This document shows, in pieces, positions 45,820-56,295 of a stretch of DNA of 64,000 nucleotides; positions within the stretch are counted from its first letter, which is position 1, and each line of letters begins with the position of its first letter. Origin of the DNA: an uncultured bacterium. GTDB lineage: Bacteria > Chloroflexota > UBA5177 > JANWHV01. The notes under the pieces are model-generated. The model searched no databases, was not told the origin of the DNA, and worked only from the letters and a program-made list of their open reading frames with translations. The position numbers and the translations under genes are program-made. Location: assembly GCA_963827235.1 (NCBI GenBank), contig CAWHAE010000008.1, forward strand, positions 256,001 to 320,000, read 5' to 3'.

Positions 45820-46845
45820 GTGCGCGTAGATGAATTCGACTACGATCTGCCGCCGGAACTGATCGCACAGACGCCGATCGAGCCCAGGGACGGATCGCGC
45901 CTCTTGGTCGTGGACCGGGCACAAGGAATCCTGGCACATCGTCTCTTCGCCGATCTGCCCAGACTCCTGCACCGGGGCGACGTGCTGGTTCTCAACGACA
46001 GTCGTGTGCTTCCGGCTCGGCTGCACGGGAGGCGAGCTCCAAGTGGTGGTGCGGCAGAGCTCCTGTTGCTCCGCGATCTGGGCCAGTGCCGCTGGCTGTG
46101 CCTTTCGCGTCCGGCCAAGCGCATTCGCACGGGTTGCAGGCTGTCCTTCGGATCTGATGCGTTGATTGCCGTGGTGCGGGAGGAGCTGGATGAAGGGCAG
46201 CGGGTGATTGAGTTCGACGTCGAGCCCGGGGAGTTTGCCGGGCTCCTCGCCAGGTTTGGAGAGATGCCGCTGCCTCCCTACATCCATCGGCCGCTCGAGA
46301 ATCCTGAGCGGTACCAGACGGTCTACGCGCGGGAGCCGGGTTCGGCGGCCGCGCCCACGGCGGGACTGCACTTTACTCCGGCGCTTCTCGACCGCATGGA
46401 GCATATGGGCATTGCTATCGCCTATGTCACGCTGCACGTCGGTCTGGGCACGTTCAGACCGGTACAGGTCGACGAGGTCGACGACCATCGCATGCATGCC
46501 GAGTACGGCGTCCTGCCGGCAGAGACTGCCGCGACAATTGGTAAAGCGCGGGCGCGGGGCGGCCGCGTGGTGGCCGTCGGCACGACGGCGGTGCGCGTGC
46601 TCGAGTCGGCGGCGCTGGTTGGCCCCGACATGGCGTGGTCGGGCTGGACGGACATCTTCATCTACCCGGGGTTCAGGTTCCGGGCTGTCGATGCCCTGGT
46701 CACGAATTTCCACTTGCCGCGGTCGACCCTGCTGATGCTGGTCAGCGCGCTGGCCGGCAAGGCCCTTATCGATCAGGCGTACGCGACCGCCGTCGCCGAT
46801 CGATATAGATTCTTCAGCTTCGGCGACGCCATGCTCATTCTCTAG
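45820..46845 (+). CDS. queA: SAM:tRNA ribosyltransferase-isomerase
   Basis: FDYDLPPELIAQ.P, PLPPYI, YQTVYA, AAPTAGLHF, TNFHLPRSTL, YRFFSFGDAM. Confidence 0.97.
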   Translation: MRVDEFDYDLPPELIAQTPIEPRDGSRLLVVDRAQGILAHRLFADLPRLLHRGDVLVLNDSRVLPARLHGRRAPSGGAAELLLLRDLGQCRWLCLSRPAKRIRTGCRLSFGSDALIAVVREELDEGQRVIEFDVEPGEFAGLLARFGEMPLPPYIHRPLENPERYQTVYAREPGSAAAPTAGLHFTPALLDRMEHMGIAIAYVTLHVGLGTFRPVQVDEVDDHRMHAEYGVLPAETAATIGKARARGGRVVAVGTTAVRVLESAALVGPDMAWSGWTDIFIYPGFRFRAVDALVTNFHLPRSTLLMLVSALAGKALIDQAYATAVADRYRFFSFGDAMLIL

Positions 46846-46953
46846 CCGGATCGTCGCGACCGGCGAAACGCGGCGATGCGGTATGATCGCCACTGGAGTG
46901 TGTGCCGGCGTTGTGAGCAATGTACAGGCACGTAGTACAGGGAAGGGTGCCGA

Positions 46954-47376
46954 GTGCGTGCGCTCTTGATGATCGGCAACGACAGGTTGTCGCTTCGGCA
47001 GTTTTATTCCGCCGTTCTCGACAACCATGCCGCCGGCTGGACCACCTCGTTCATGAGCGGCATGCCATCGGACGTCGAGTCGATAGCTGGCGGCTTCGAT
47101 CTCGTGATCTGTGAGCTGGGCCGACCGGATACTTCCGACCGAGTAGATATGGCGCGCAGGCTGCGGCGCGCGGGTGTCGACGTTGTGACTCATGTCGAAG
47201 GGCAGGAGTCCGAGCGGCTCCGTGCTGAGCTGGTGGGCGACGGCGTGGTGGTGGTTGCCAACCCGTTCCATGCTGACCAGGTAGCCGCAGCACTCGAACA
47301 GGTGGCGACGCGCCGGAAGGCCGCGCCGCGTGTCGCCGGCGCGCGGGAACGGCTCCGCCGTTTTCTCGGACGCTGA
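46954..47376 (+). CDS. Hypothetical protein, degenerate CheY-like receiver
   Basis: FDLVICEL and VANPF at positions of receiver D(L)xxxD and KPF motifs. Confidence 0.6.
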   Translation: MRALLMIGNDRLSLRQFYSAVLDNHAAGWTTSFMSGMPSDVESIAGGFDLVICELGRPDTSDRVDMARRLRRAGVDVVTHVEGQESERLRAELVGDGVVVVANPFHADQVAAALEQVATRRKAAPRVAGARERLRRFLGR

Positions 47377-47424
47377 GCGCCCGGAAGAGTCCGCCCAACG
47401 TACTGCGAGGGATAGTGGGATACG

Positions 47425-48393
47425 ATGACTGACCCGCCGCGCACCGTGTTCATGGGAACGCCCGAGTTTGCCGTACCGTCGTTGTCGGCCCTGTTGGAGC
47501 TCTCCCGAGGCAAGGCGCCGCTCGTCCATATGGCGGCCGTGTTCACGCAACCGGACCGCCCCGCGGGCCGAGGTAAGCGCGTCACGGCACCGCCTGTCAA
47601 GCTGGCCGCTCTGAACGCCGGTCTGCCGGTCTTCCAGCCCGAGCGATTGCGCCGGGCGGAGGCGTTCGCTCAGCTCGCCGATCTCGAACCTGAGCTCATC
47701 GTCGTCGCGGCGTACGCGCAGATGCTGCCGCCTCGAGTGTTGGCGCTACCGCGCCACGGGTGCCTGAACATCCACGCCTCACTCTTGCCGCGCTATCGGG
47801 GGGCAGCGCCAATTCAGGCCGCGATTCTCGATGGGGCTACGCAGACCGGCGTGACAATCATGCAGATGGAGGAGGGTCTGGATACCGGGCCGGTTCTCTC
47901 GCGGGTCGCCGTGCCGATTGGAGAATTCGATACGACCGGCAGCCTTACCGCGGCACTGGCTTCTGCCGGTGCCCGCCTGCTCACCACAACACTGCCGGGC
48001 TGGATCGCCGGAAAGCTGGCGGCTGTGCCACAGGATGGCTCGCTGGCCACGATGACGAAGCCGCTGGCCAAGGAACAAGGGCGCATTGACTGGTCGCTGG
48101 ACGCGAGGGCCCTGGAGCGTCACGTTCGCGCCATGTCACCCTGGCCGGGTGCCTACACGGAGGGCAGAGCGGGGCTATTGAAGATTCACGCTGCCGCTGC
48201 TCTGCCGGGCGGCAGCTCCGCCGTCCCCGGCACGCTGCTCGATCTCACCGCGGGGCCCGCAATAGTGACGGGTGATGGCCTGCTGCTGCTCCTCGAGGTG
48301 CGGCCGGCCGGGCGGCGTGCTATGCCCGCCAAGGACTGGCTGCGCGGCGCACGGTCACTGCTAGGTACCGTGCTCGACGGCAGCACTGGCTAA
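47425..48393 (+). CDS. fmt: Methionyl-tRNA formyltransferase
   Basis: FMGTPEFA, TQPDRPAGRG, NIHASLLPRYRGAAPI, LDTG. Confidence 0.97.
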   Translation: MTDPPRTVFMGTPEFAVPSLSALLELSRGKAPLVHMAAVFTQPDRPAGRGKRVTAPPVKLAALNAGLPVFQPERLRRAEAFAQLADLEPELIVVAAYAQMLPPRVLALPRHGCLNIHASLLPRYRGAAPIQAAILDGATQTGVTIMQMEEGLDTGPVLSRVAVPIGEFDTTGSLTAALASAGARLLTTTLPGWIAGKLAAVPQDGSLATMTKPLAKEQGRIDWSLDARALERHVRAMSPWPGAYTEGRAGLLKIHAAAALPGGSSAVPGTLLDLTAGPAIVTGDGLLLLLEVRPAGRRAMPAKDWLRGARSLLGTVLDGSTG

Positions 48394-48403
48394 GGGGCCG
48401 TCG

Positions 48404-49072
48404 ATGCGACGGGATTCTCGTAGAGTACGCGTTCCACCTAATTCCTCGGGCCGGCGGCGGCGAGTTGGGCCTGGGGAGTTGAGTCCGCATACCAGCGCAG
48501 GAGCCGCGCCACCCATACAGCCCGTGGACGGCGAGGAAGGGCTGTTTGACGAGCCAGTGGGCGGATTGCGACACATTCGCCTGTGGTCCGGCCTTCTGCT
48601 CATCGGCCTGGCGGCCGTGATGATCGTGCTCTCGCAGCTTCTGGGCGTGGCGTCCCAAGACTCGACACCGCGCGCCACACCTGCTTCAAGTGTCCTGCCG
48701 AGCCTCGTCACAGCGATCGAGCGGTCCGATCTCAGCGTGACGGTGCGATTAGTCGAGCGCCGGTCGGCAGTCGCTGGCTTGAGCGCCAAGACGGGCAATG
48801 AGTTCCTGGTCCTTGACGTACTGGTCACTAACAAGCAGCAATGGGTACTGTCCGTCGACTACACCGACTTCCACATCCTGGACGGCGGGCATGTTGTCTG
48901 CACCGCGGGAGCATATCCCGGGCACGCCGGGTCGCTGCATCGCCGTCTTGCCCCCGGGCAGAGCACGCAAGGGGCATTGATTTGCCCGGTGCCGCTCGGC
49001 GAGAAGGGCCTGGTATTTGCTTACGTGCCCGAGGATGGCTCACACGCGCAAGCGCGGTGGATAATCGGGTAG
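48404..49072 (+). CDS. DUF4352-like membrane-anchored protein
   Basis: Single TM then Ig-like G.EFLVLDV.VTN, DF, LAPGQS.QG...VP; start uncertain. Confidence 0.65.
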   Translation: MRRDSRRVRVPPNSSGRRRRVGPGELSPHTSAGAAPPIQPVDGEEGLFDEPVGGLRHIRLWSGLLLIGLAAVMIVLSQLLGVASQDSTPRATPASSVLPSLVTAIERSDLSVTVRLVERRSAVAGLSAKTGNEFLVLDVLVTNKQQWVLSVDYTDFHILDGGHVVCTAGAYPGHAGSLHRRLAPGQSTQGALICPVPLGEKGLVFAYVPEDGSHAQARWIIG

Positions 49073-49105
49073 GGGTGCCGGCGCGCCACGGGAAGCGGGC
49101 GCATC

Positions 49106-50059
49106 TCAGGTCAAGTACTCGCGCAGGCGCTCCACGTGGTCGGCATTGAGCTCTACGAGGATGCTCGCTACCTCCGGACTGGCCTCGACCACCTTTTGTC
49201 GGACCGCGTCTGCGATTTGGGCACCTTTCTCGACCGTTAGATGGGGGTCTACGACGATGCCTATTTCGACCAGCACGTCGCTGCCGTGCGCGCGTCCCGT
49301 GACCGCGGTCACCTTCTGCACTCCAGACACTTTGCCGGCCGTCCGGCGCAGGCTCTCGCTCAACTTCTCGTCCAGATTGCTTTCCATGAGCTCGCGTCCT
49401 GCGCCGACGCCTATGTTTATGGCCGTCCAGACGACGATTCCGGCAATTACCAGACCGCCGATACCGTCCAATCGAGGCTCGCCCAGACGGGCACCCAGCA
49501 CGCCGAACACCACGGCGAGCGAGCTGAACACGTCGGCCTGACTGTCGCGCGCGTCCGCCTCGATGGCCTGCGAGCCGACGGCATGCGCTATGCGCATCTC
49601 AACACGCACGACGACCAGCTTAACGGACAGAGTCGCCACGGCAACCCAGAAGGCCAGGAACGACGGTGTCGGCGTGCCCGATATGAGCTTCTGGATAGAC
49701 TCCCAGCCAAGGAAAAGGCCGGCTGCCGTGAGCAGGTGCGCCGACGAGGCGGCGACGAGAACCTCGGCCCGGTCGTGGCCGTACGGGTGCGACTCGTCCG
49801 CCGGGCGCCGAGCGTAGAACAGGGCACCCAATACCATCAAATTATTGAGCACATCCGCCGCTGAATGGCCAGCATCGGACAACAGCGCCACCGATCCGGA
49901 GATCACACCAGCTACGACTTTGACGGCAACAAGAAGCACATTGACGACCAAGCCCAGGATCGGTCCCCACACCGCGGCTCGGAAACGTTGCTCCGCGTTG
50001 AGCCGGCGGGAAGGCCTGCCGACCTCCGGACGATGCGGCGCGAGTGTGGTCTCGCTCAT
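49106..50059 (-). CDS. Cation diffusion facilitator (CDF) transporter
   Basis: SVALLSDAGHSAAD, PADESHPYGH.RAE, DAR...ADV.SS. Confidence 0.92.
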   Translation of the reverse strand: MSETTLAPHRPEVGRPSRRLNAEQRFRAAVWGPILGLVVNVLLVAVKVVAGVISGSVALLSDAGHSAADVLNNLMVLGALFYARRPADESHPYGHDRAEVLVAASSAHLLTAAGLFLGWESIQKLISGTPTPSFLAFWVAVATLSVKLVVVRVEMRIAHAVGSQAIEADARDSQADVFSSLAVVFGVLGARLGEPRLDGIGGLVIAGIVVWTAINIGVGAGRELMESNLDEKLSESLRRTAGKVSGVQKVTAVTGRAHGSDVLVEIGIVVDPHLTVEKGAQIADAVRQKVVEASPEVASILVELNADHVERLREYLT

Positions 50060-50337
50060 GTGCAGTGTTGGACCTCCGTGGCCGGGTCGGGCGATACCGG
50101 ACGATCCTATCATACGGCTGGGCTCAGTGCCAGACGCTCAGCCCGGCGAGGGAGTTCGATTCGTTGTGCAGGGTCATGAGCATGACATGGGGCAAGAATG
50201 TGCCGGCAGCAGTGTTCCGGATGCTCAACACAGACGGCGCGCGGACCGCCCGGCGCTCGTCCAGTAGGGCGCAAGGAACCGACGCGGCCTACCACTCTAC
50301 ACGAGGTAGCCTGGCGAGAGCCGCCCCAGATACTGGT

Positions 50338-51093
50338 CTAGCGGTGACCCATCCTGATCAGCACGATGCTGAACTCGTACAGGATAATCAGCAGGACGCT
50401 GACGATCAGCGGCGTGACCGGATCGGCGCCCGGTGTGATGATCATGCCGGCGAACAGGGAGACGAAGAACGCGACCTTGCGCTTTCGGCGCAAAAACGCC
50501 GACGATACCATGCCGACTCGAGAGAGCAACACCAGTACGACCGGGAGCTCGAACACTGCGCCGAAGACAAGGATCAAGATGGCGAATTGACTAAGATAGC
50601 TGGCGGAATCGGGGATGTACAAGAGATCCTTGCCGCCGATGCTCAGCATGAAGCTGAAGTAGCGCGGAAATACCAGGTAGCCGACCCCGGCTCCGACCAG
50701 GAACAGCACCAGGCCTAGACCGACGAAGGGCACGACGTAACGCCTGGTCTCGATCTCGAAGGCCGGGGCGACGAACATCCAGAGCTCGTAGAGCCACACA
50801 GGCACGCTGATCACCGCTGCCGGGATCAGGGCCAGCTTTATTCTCAGGAACAAGGCTCCGGTGACGGTGTTGAACGTCAGCACACCGTTGCCAAAGGCGG
50901 TGTGGATGCCTGCCAGGGGATGAGTAACAAGATTGAAGACCGGCTGATAGAAGAAGAGACCGAGCACTGCCGCCACGGTTGTGACAATGATGCAGACGAA
51001 GAGTCGCTGCCGCAGCTCTTCGAGATGCTCGATCACCGTCATGTTCTTCGGATCGGGATCGTTGAGCGCCAAGAACTTCCGGCTGACTGCCAT
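50338..51093 (-). CDS. tatC: Twin-arginine translocase TatC
   Basis: EHLEELRQRL, W.FVAP, FELP, ITPGADP, LYE.S. Confidence 0.96.
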   Translation of the reverse strand: MAVSRKFLALNDPDPKNMTVIEHLEELRQRLFVCIIVTTVAAVLGLFFYQPVFNLVTHPLAGIHTAFGNGVLTFNTVTGALFLRIKLALIPAAVISVPVWLYELWMFVAPAFEIETRRYVVPFVGLGLVLFLVGAGVGYLVFPRYFSFMLSIGGKDLLYIPDSASYLSQFAILILVFGAVFELPVVLVLLSRVGMVSSAFLRRKRKVAFFVSLFAGMIITPGADPVTPLIVSVLLIILYEFSIVLIRMGHR

Positions 51094-51147
51094 GGTCGCC
51101 CTTCTTATGCCTGAAACTTAGCGCCCGTCCGAGGCGCTGAAACAAGT

Positions 51148-51179
51148 GTGGGTGTGAGTCAACCCCGACTCACACCCAC
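51148..51179 (-). terminator. 13-bp perfect hairpin between tatA and tatC
   Basis: GTGGGTGTGAGTC-AACCCC-GACTCACACCCAC; followed on minus strand by ACTTGTTTC (imperfect U tract). Confidence 0.7.
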
Positions 51180-51216
51180 GCCCGGCATCCAAGTCAACAG
51201 AATCGAGACGGTACAG

Positions 51217-51501
51217 CTAGTCTCTCGAGTGATCAGCACCGACAGGCTGTCGGGTATCAGCCCCTTGCGCCGAGTACTGCTGCTCGACAACCGGCGGCTG
51301 CTGTATGGCGCGCGACGGCTGAGGCTGCTGCAGGGTCTGCTGTGTAGGAGTCGGATCGCTCAACCCGCTGGTGGCGTCCTTGAACTCGCGGATCCCGCGG
51401 CCAAAGGCAGAGCCGATCTCGGGCAGCTTCCCCGGCCCGAACACCAGCAAAACAATGATCAAAAGAATGATGATCTCTGGGCCGTGTCCTATGCCAAACA
51501 T
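51217..51501 (-). CDS. tatA: Twin-arginine translocase TatA
   Basis: EIIILLIIVLLVFGPGKLPEIG..FG.GIREFK; RBS GAGGGAG. Confidence 0.95.
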   Translation of the reverse strand: MFGIGHGPEIIILLIIVLLVFGPGKLPEIGSAFGRGIREFKDATSGLSDPTPTQQTLQQPQPSRAIQQPPVVEQQYSAQGADTRQPVGADHSRD

Positions 51502-51568
51502 CTCGTTTGCTCCCTCGCGCTTGGAATGCTGTACGCACGCATGATACTCTTCCTGAGGTCTGTTGTCT

Positions 51569-53198
51569 ATGTCGACGTCAGGAGCCGTGCCGTTGAGTAA
51601 TACGTCGGAAGCCGGCGATCGGTTCACCAGCAAGGCGAATACAGGAGAAGAGCGAGATCCGCGGCTCTCGGACTTGAGGCGCCGCAAGGCGGCCGTGCTG
51701 GTGGATCACGAGGCGCGTGCGGCAAAGGCACAGCACGGCCGGGGCAAGCTGACCGCGCGAGAACGAGTAGCGCTGCTGGTCGACGGTGACAGCTTCGACG
51801 AGCTGGATATGTTTGCCGTGCATCGTTCCAGTGCTTTCGGTTTGGCCGAACGGCGCTATCCCGGCGACGGCGTCGTTACCGGCTTTGCCACCGTAGACGG
51901 CCGCCGTGTTGCCGTGTACTCGCAGGACTTCACCGTGTTCGGGGGCTCGCTTGGTGAGGTAGTGGCGGAGAAGATCGTCAAGTTGATGGACATGGCGGTA
52001 AGGGTAGGCGTGCCGATCATCGGCATCAATGACTCAGGCGGCGCTCGCATCCAGGAGGGCGCCGTGAGCCTGGCCGGATACGCCGACATCTTCTACCGGA
52101 ACGTGCGGGCCTCGGGCGTCGTGCCGCAGATCTCGGTGATCGCCGGTCCCTGCGCCGGTGGCGCCGTGTATTCGCCTGCCATTACGGACTTCGTCTTCAT
52201 GGTCCGCGGTATCGGCAAGATGTATATCACCGGACCGGACGTGATTCGGGCCGTAACCGGTGAGGAAGTCGAGCACGAGCTGCTGGGAGGCGCCGACACG
52301 CACTCCACACTGAGCGGCGTGGCTCACTTCGCGGCCGACGACGAGCGTGAGGTCTTTAGCATGGTCCGGGTGCTGCTTGACTACTTGCCGTCGAACAACT
52401 TGCAGAGATCCGCCGCTGAGGCAAGCTGGCGACGACCCGGACCGGCGGGACGCTTCGCTGGATTCGGTGGTGCCGGATTCCCCGTCGCGGCCGTACGACA
52501 TGCACGCCGTGCTGCGCAGCCTGCTGGACAGGGGTGAGTTCTTCGAGGTGCAGGAATCCTACGCGCGAAACATCCTGATTGGACTCGGCAGGCTTGATGG
52601 CCGCTCGGTGGGCGTCGTCGCAAACCAGCCGTCCCAGAAAGCGGGAACACTTGACATCAACGCTTCGACGAAGGCCGCGCGCTTCATCCGGTTTTGCGAC
52701 GCCTTCAACATCCCGCTGCTAACCCTGGTTGATGTGCCGGGCTTTCTTCCCGGGACTGACCAAGAGTACAACGGTATCATACGGCACGGGGCCAAGCTGC
52801 TCTATGCGTTTGCCGAGGCGACCGTGCCGAAGATCACGGTTATCACGCGCAAGGCGTATGGCGGCGCATACAACGTAATGTGCTCCAAGCATATCGGAGC
52901 CGACTTCAACTTCGCCTGGCCTTCCGGCGAGATCGCTGTCATGGGCCCATCGGGTGCCGTCTCGGTGATATTCAGGCGCGAGATTGCCGCTTCACAGGAG
53001 CCTGCCAAACGGGCTGCAGAGCTGACGGCAGATTATCAGAACCGCTTCGCCAATCCCTACGTCGCTGCTGAACGCGGCTTCCTCGACGCCGTGATCGAGC
53101 CGCGCGACACCAGGCCGACTCTCATACGAGCCTTTGCGACGGCCGCCGGCAAGCGCGAGCCTCGCCCCTCCCGGAAGCACGGCAACATCCCCCTCTGA
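51569..53198 (+). CDS. pccB: Acyl-CoA carboxylase carboxyltransferase (beta) subunit, frameshift near 52405-52430
   Basis: [52 protein letters not shown] across ORFs 51563-52537 and 52347-53198. Confidence 0.9.
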
Positions 53199-53341
53199 GA
53201 GCTGGGCCTCGGCCGTCACTACCCCATGCGGTGCCCCGAGTACCTCGATCGGGTACCGGCAGTGCATGGTCCAAATGGGGCTAACACATAGTGCCACAGT
53301 GCGAGCAGAATATGCGTGTCCACTGATGAGTCTGTATCGAA

Positions 53342-54127
53342 TTGCCGAGGTGTTCTGTGTGTACTCTCGCCCCAGCGGCAGTCCCGACGGTAGGTTTCGT
53401 TGGGCGCGACCAGCTGATACTTCAGTCCCAGTCTCTTGTTCGGCGGGCCGTTGGTCGCTACATGACCAGGTCCGGCAGCATTATGGATGCCGAGGACATA
53501 TTTAGCTGCGGCACCATGGGCCTGATCGACGCGGTGGATCGCTTCGATCATAGCAGAGGCGTCCGCTTCGAGACCTACGCCGTGACCCGAATTCGCGGCT
53601 ATCTCGTGGACCAGATGCGCGCGGTCGACTGGCTGCCTCGTTCGGCACGTACCAACGTGCGGCTGGTACACAGGGCATCGACACAGCTCGAGGAAAGCCT
53701 GGGGCGGAAACCAGAGGTATCCGAGCTAGCTACAGAGACCGGCCTGCCGGATTCCACGTGCACCCAAGCGCTCATCGACGGCTCGTGCCGAGTTCTCTCT
53801 CTCGAGGAGATGGCTCCTGAGTCCGACGGAGCGTCCCGTCCAATGTCCGTGCAAATCGAGGACGACAGCGTGCCAAATCCCGCGGCGGCGGTTGAGCGGC
53901 ACGAGCTGCGCGGCGGCGTAGCGAGTGCGCTTCGATCTCTGCCGGCCCGAGAGCGCACGGTCGTCCGGCTCAAGTATCTCAACGACTGGACTTGCCGGCA
54001 GATCGCCGCGCACCTGGGCGTGTCTGAATCGCGCGTAAGCCAGCTTCACAACCAAGGCCTTGCGCGCATGCGGCGATCGCTGATCGCGGACTTCGGAGAC
54101 CTGTCCAGCGAGCTGCACATCGCCTGA
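53342..54127 (+). CDS. FliA/WhiG family sigma-28 factor
   Basis: GLIDAVDRFD..RGVRFETYA..RIRG...D..R..DWLPRS.R; region 4 LGVSESRVSQLH; start uncertain. Confidence 0.92.
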   Translation: MPRCSVCTLAPAAVPTVGFVGRDQLILQSQSLVRRAVGRYMTRSGSIMDAEDIFSCGTMGLIDAVDRFDHSRGVRFETYAVTRIRGYLVDQMRAVDWLPRSARTNVRLVHRASTQLEESLGRKPEVSELATETGLPDSTCTQALIDGSCRVLSLEEMAPESDGASRPMSVQIEDDSVPNPAAAVERHELRGGVASALRSLPARERTVVRLKYLNDWTCRQIAAHLGVSESRVSQLHNQGLARMRRSLIADFGDLSSELHIA

Positions 54128-54144
54128 TAGGGAAATCGAGCTCC

Positions 54145-55191
54145 CTAGTCGCCGGCGCCGAATAGCATGGGCTGGATAGCAGGGGGCTCGCGCCTGGGCG
54201 GTTGCAGGCCGAGATGTTCGTACGCTAGGTCAGTGGCGAGACGTCCTCGCGGCGTACGGCTAATGAAGCCGAGCTGCAGTAAATACGGCTCGTACACATC
54301 CTCGATGGTATCTGACTCCTCGCTGGTGGCCGCGGCAAGTGTATCAAGGCCCACCGGCCCACCACCGAACTTGTGCACGATGGTATCGAGCAAGCGGCGG
54401 TCGGTTGCGTCCAGACCCAGATTGTCGACCTCCAGCATGCCGAGCGCCTGGTGGGCCACTTCTCGCGACACGCGGCCGCCGGCCCGGATCTGCGCGTAGT
54501 CTCTCACGCGCTTGAGCAGCCGGTTGGCCACCCGCGGCGTGCCGCGACTTCTGCGTGCGATTTCATCGGCCCCGCCGTCGTCGATTGGCACCTTGAGGAT
54601 CTGGGCCGTCCGCCTGACGATCTCCTCGATCGCCTGTTTGTCGTAAAACTCCAGGTGGCAGTGCACGCCGAAGCGATCGCGCAAAGGGCTGCTGATCAGG
54701 CCGAGGCGCGTAGTGGCCCCGACCAGGGTGAAACGCTTGAGTCCCAGCCGCATCGTGCGCGCGCTGGGTCCTTTGCCGATGATGAAATCGACGGCGAAGT
54801 CCTCCATCGCCGGGTACAGCGTTTCCTCGATGACGCGATTCAGGCGGTGAATCTCGTCGACGAACAGGATGTCGCCTTCGTCGAGATTCGTGAGGATGGC
54901 GACGACGTCTCCCGGCCGCTCAAATGCGGGTCCGGAGGTGATGCGCCGGTTGACGCCCATCTCGTTGGCCATGATCCCGGCCAGGGTCGTCTTCCCGAGG
55001 CCGGGTGGTCCGTAGAGCAGGATGTGGTCGAGAGGCTCCTTGCGCGCTCGCGCGGCCTCGATCAGCAGGTGGAGATTGGCCTTGACCTTATCCTGGCCAA
55101 TGTACTCCGAAAGCCTGGAAGGTCGAAGGCTGAGCTCGGCAGCAGCCTCCTCCGGTTGCTGGTACGGCGTGAGTAATCGCTGCTCTTCCAT
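54145..55191 (-). CDS. ruvB: Holliday junction helicase RuvB
   Basis: [42 protein letters not shown]. Confidence 0.97.
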   Translation of the reverse strand: MEEQRLLTPYQQPEEAAAELSLRPSRLSEYIGQDKVKANLHLLIEAARARKEPLDHILLYGPPGLGKTTLAGIMANEMGVNRRITSGPAFERPGDVVAILTNLDEGDILFVDEIHRLNRVIEETLYPAMEDFAVDFIIGKGPSARTMRLGLKRFTLVGATTRLGLISSPLRDRFGVHCHLEFYDKQAIEEIVRRTAQILKVPIDDGGADEIARRSRGTPRVANRLLKRVRDYAQIRAGGRVSREVAHQALGMLEVDNLGLDATDRRLLDTIVHKFGGGPVGLDTLAAATSEESDTIEDVYEPYLLQLGFISRTPRGRLATDLAYEHLGLQPPRREPPAIQPMLFGAGD

Positions 55192-55263
55192 CACCCTCTC
55201 GACACGGTCCTAGCCTTCGGCCGGCTCAAGCGACGTCGCGCTGGACGTCCGGCTGTTGCCGGG

Positions 55264-55635
55264 CTAAGAGGACCGGCGCGTTTGAAAATACCGGAAACCG
55301 ATGTATGCCAGCACGAGGAGCACCAGGACCGGCACCGCCGTGACGATGAAGCTGGCAACGGCGTCTACGAGCATCTTGATCGCGAATATCGCGATGATCA
55401 CAGCCACCGCGCCAACAATCAGGCGGTTCTGCAGCGTGCTTGGCAGTATGCCGGCCAGGACTTCATGTGGCGCCGGCTTTGATTGATCTCGGCGCGGCCG
55501 ATCGATGAGCTGGCGCGATGGTCCATGAACCTTGGCAGTGGGCAGGAGCGGAACGTCCGGCAGGGATGCGCCGCACTCATGGCAATAGCGCTGGTCGGGC
55601 TTCTGAATCTCAGCTCCGCACGTAGCACAGTTCAT
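55264..55635 (-). CDS. Zinc-ribbon membrane protein
   Basis: CATCG..CHECG N-terminal ribbon; two C-terminal hydrophobic helices. Confidence 0.8.
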   Translation of the reverse strand: MNCATCGAEIQKPDQRYCHECGASLPDVPLLPTAKVHGPSRQLIDRPRRDQSKPAPHEVLAGILPSTLQNRLIVGAVAVIIAIFAIKMLVDAVASFIVTAVPVLVLLVLAYIGFRYFQTRRSS

Positions 55636-55650
55636 GGATCTGCTCCGCCG

Positions 55651-56154
55651 CTAAGCTCTGGATTCCGGGTCGCGCACCCGCTCGAATCCTCGCGCGAGCA
55701 GATCGTAGCAGCTCTCCAGCGACTGGGGCATGACCCGCGTCTCACCGATCACCGGCATGAAGTTTGTGTCGCCGATCCAGCGGGGTACCACGTGCAGATG
55801 CACGTGATCGACGATACCCGCGCCAGCCGAAGCACCCTGGTTGATGCCGATGTTGAACCCTTCAGGTCCCATGGCCTCGCGGATGACCCGCACCGACCGC
55901 TGAGCAAGCACCATGATCTCGTGCGCCGCCTCAAGTGGAAGGAGCTCGATGGTAGGCAGGTGTTCGTAGGGCACGACCATCAGGTGCCCGTTGTTGTAGG
56001 GATATATGTTGAGCACCACATAGCAATGCGCGCCGCGACAGAGGATGAAATTCTCAGTATCGCGGTTCTCGGCCGGCTTGGTGCAGAACACGCACGCTTC
56101 TGGCTTTTCCGACATGATGTAGCCAATACGCCACGGCGCCCAGAGAGTCTCCAT
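55651..56154 (-). CDS. HIT-family nucleotide hydrolase (Ap4A phosphorylase-like)
   Basis: LWAPWR, CVFC, LN.YPYN.GH, HVHLHVVPRW.GD.NFM. Confidence 0.93.
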   Translation of the reverse strand: METLWAPWRIGYIMSEKPEACVFCTKPAENRDTENFILCRGAHCYVVLNIYPYNNGHLMVVPYEHLPTIELLPLEAAHEIMVLAQRSVRVIREAMGPEGFNIGINQGASAGAGIVDHVHLHVVPRWIGDTNFMPVIGETRVMPQSLESCYDLLARGFERVRDPESRA

Positions 56155-56295
56155 CGTTCCCAGATGATACCACGCGCCGGCCTTTTCGTCGGACTGTGGG
56201 CCGCGCTCCGTTCGTCCCACCCAAAATAGGCTAGCCTGCTGCCATTGCGCCACTTTGACACGTTTGCTAGCATGGGCACAGTCCAGGAGGAAATA

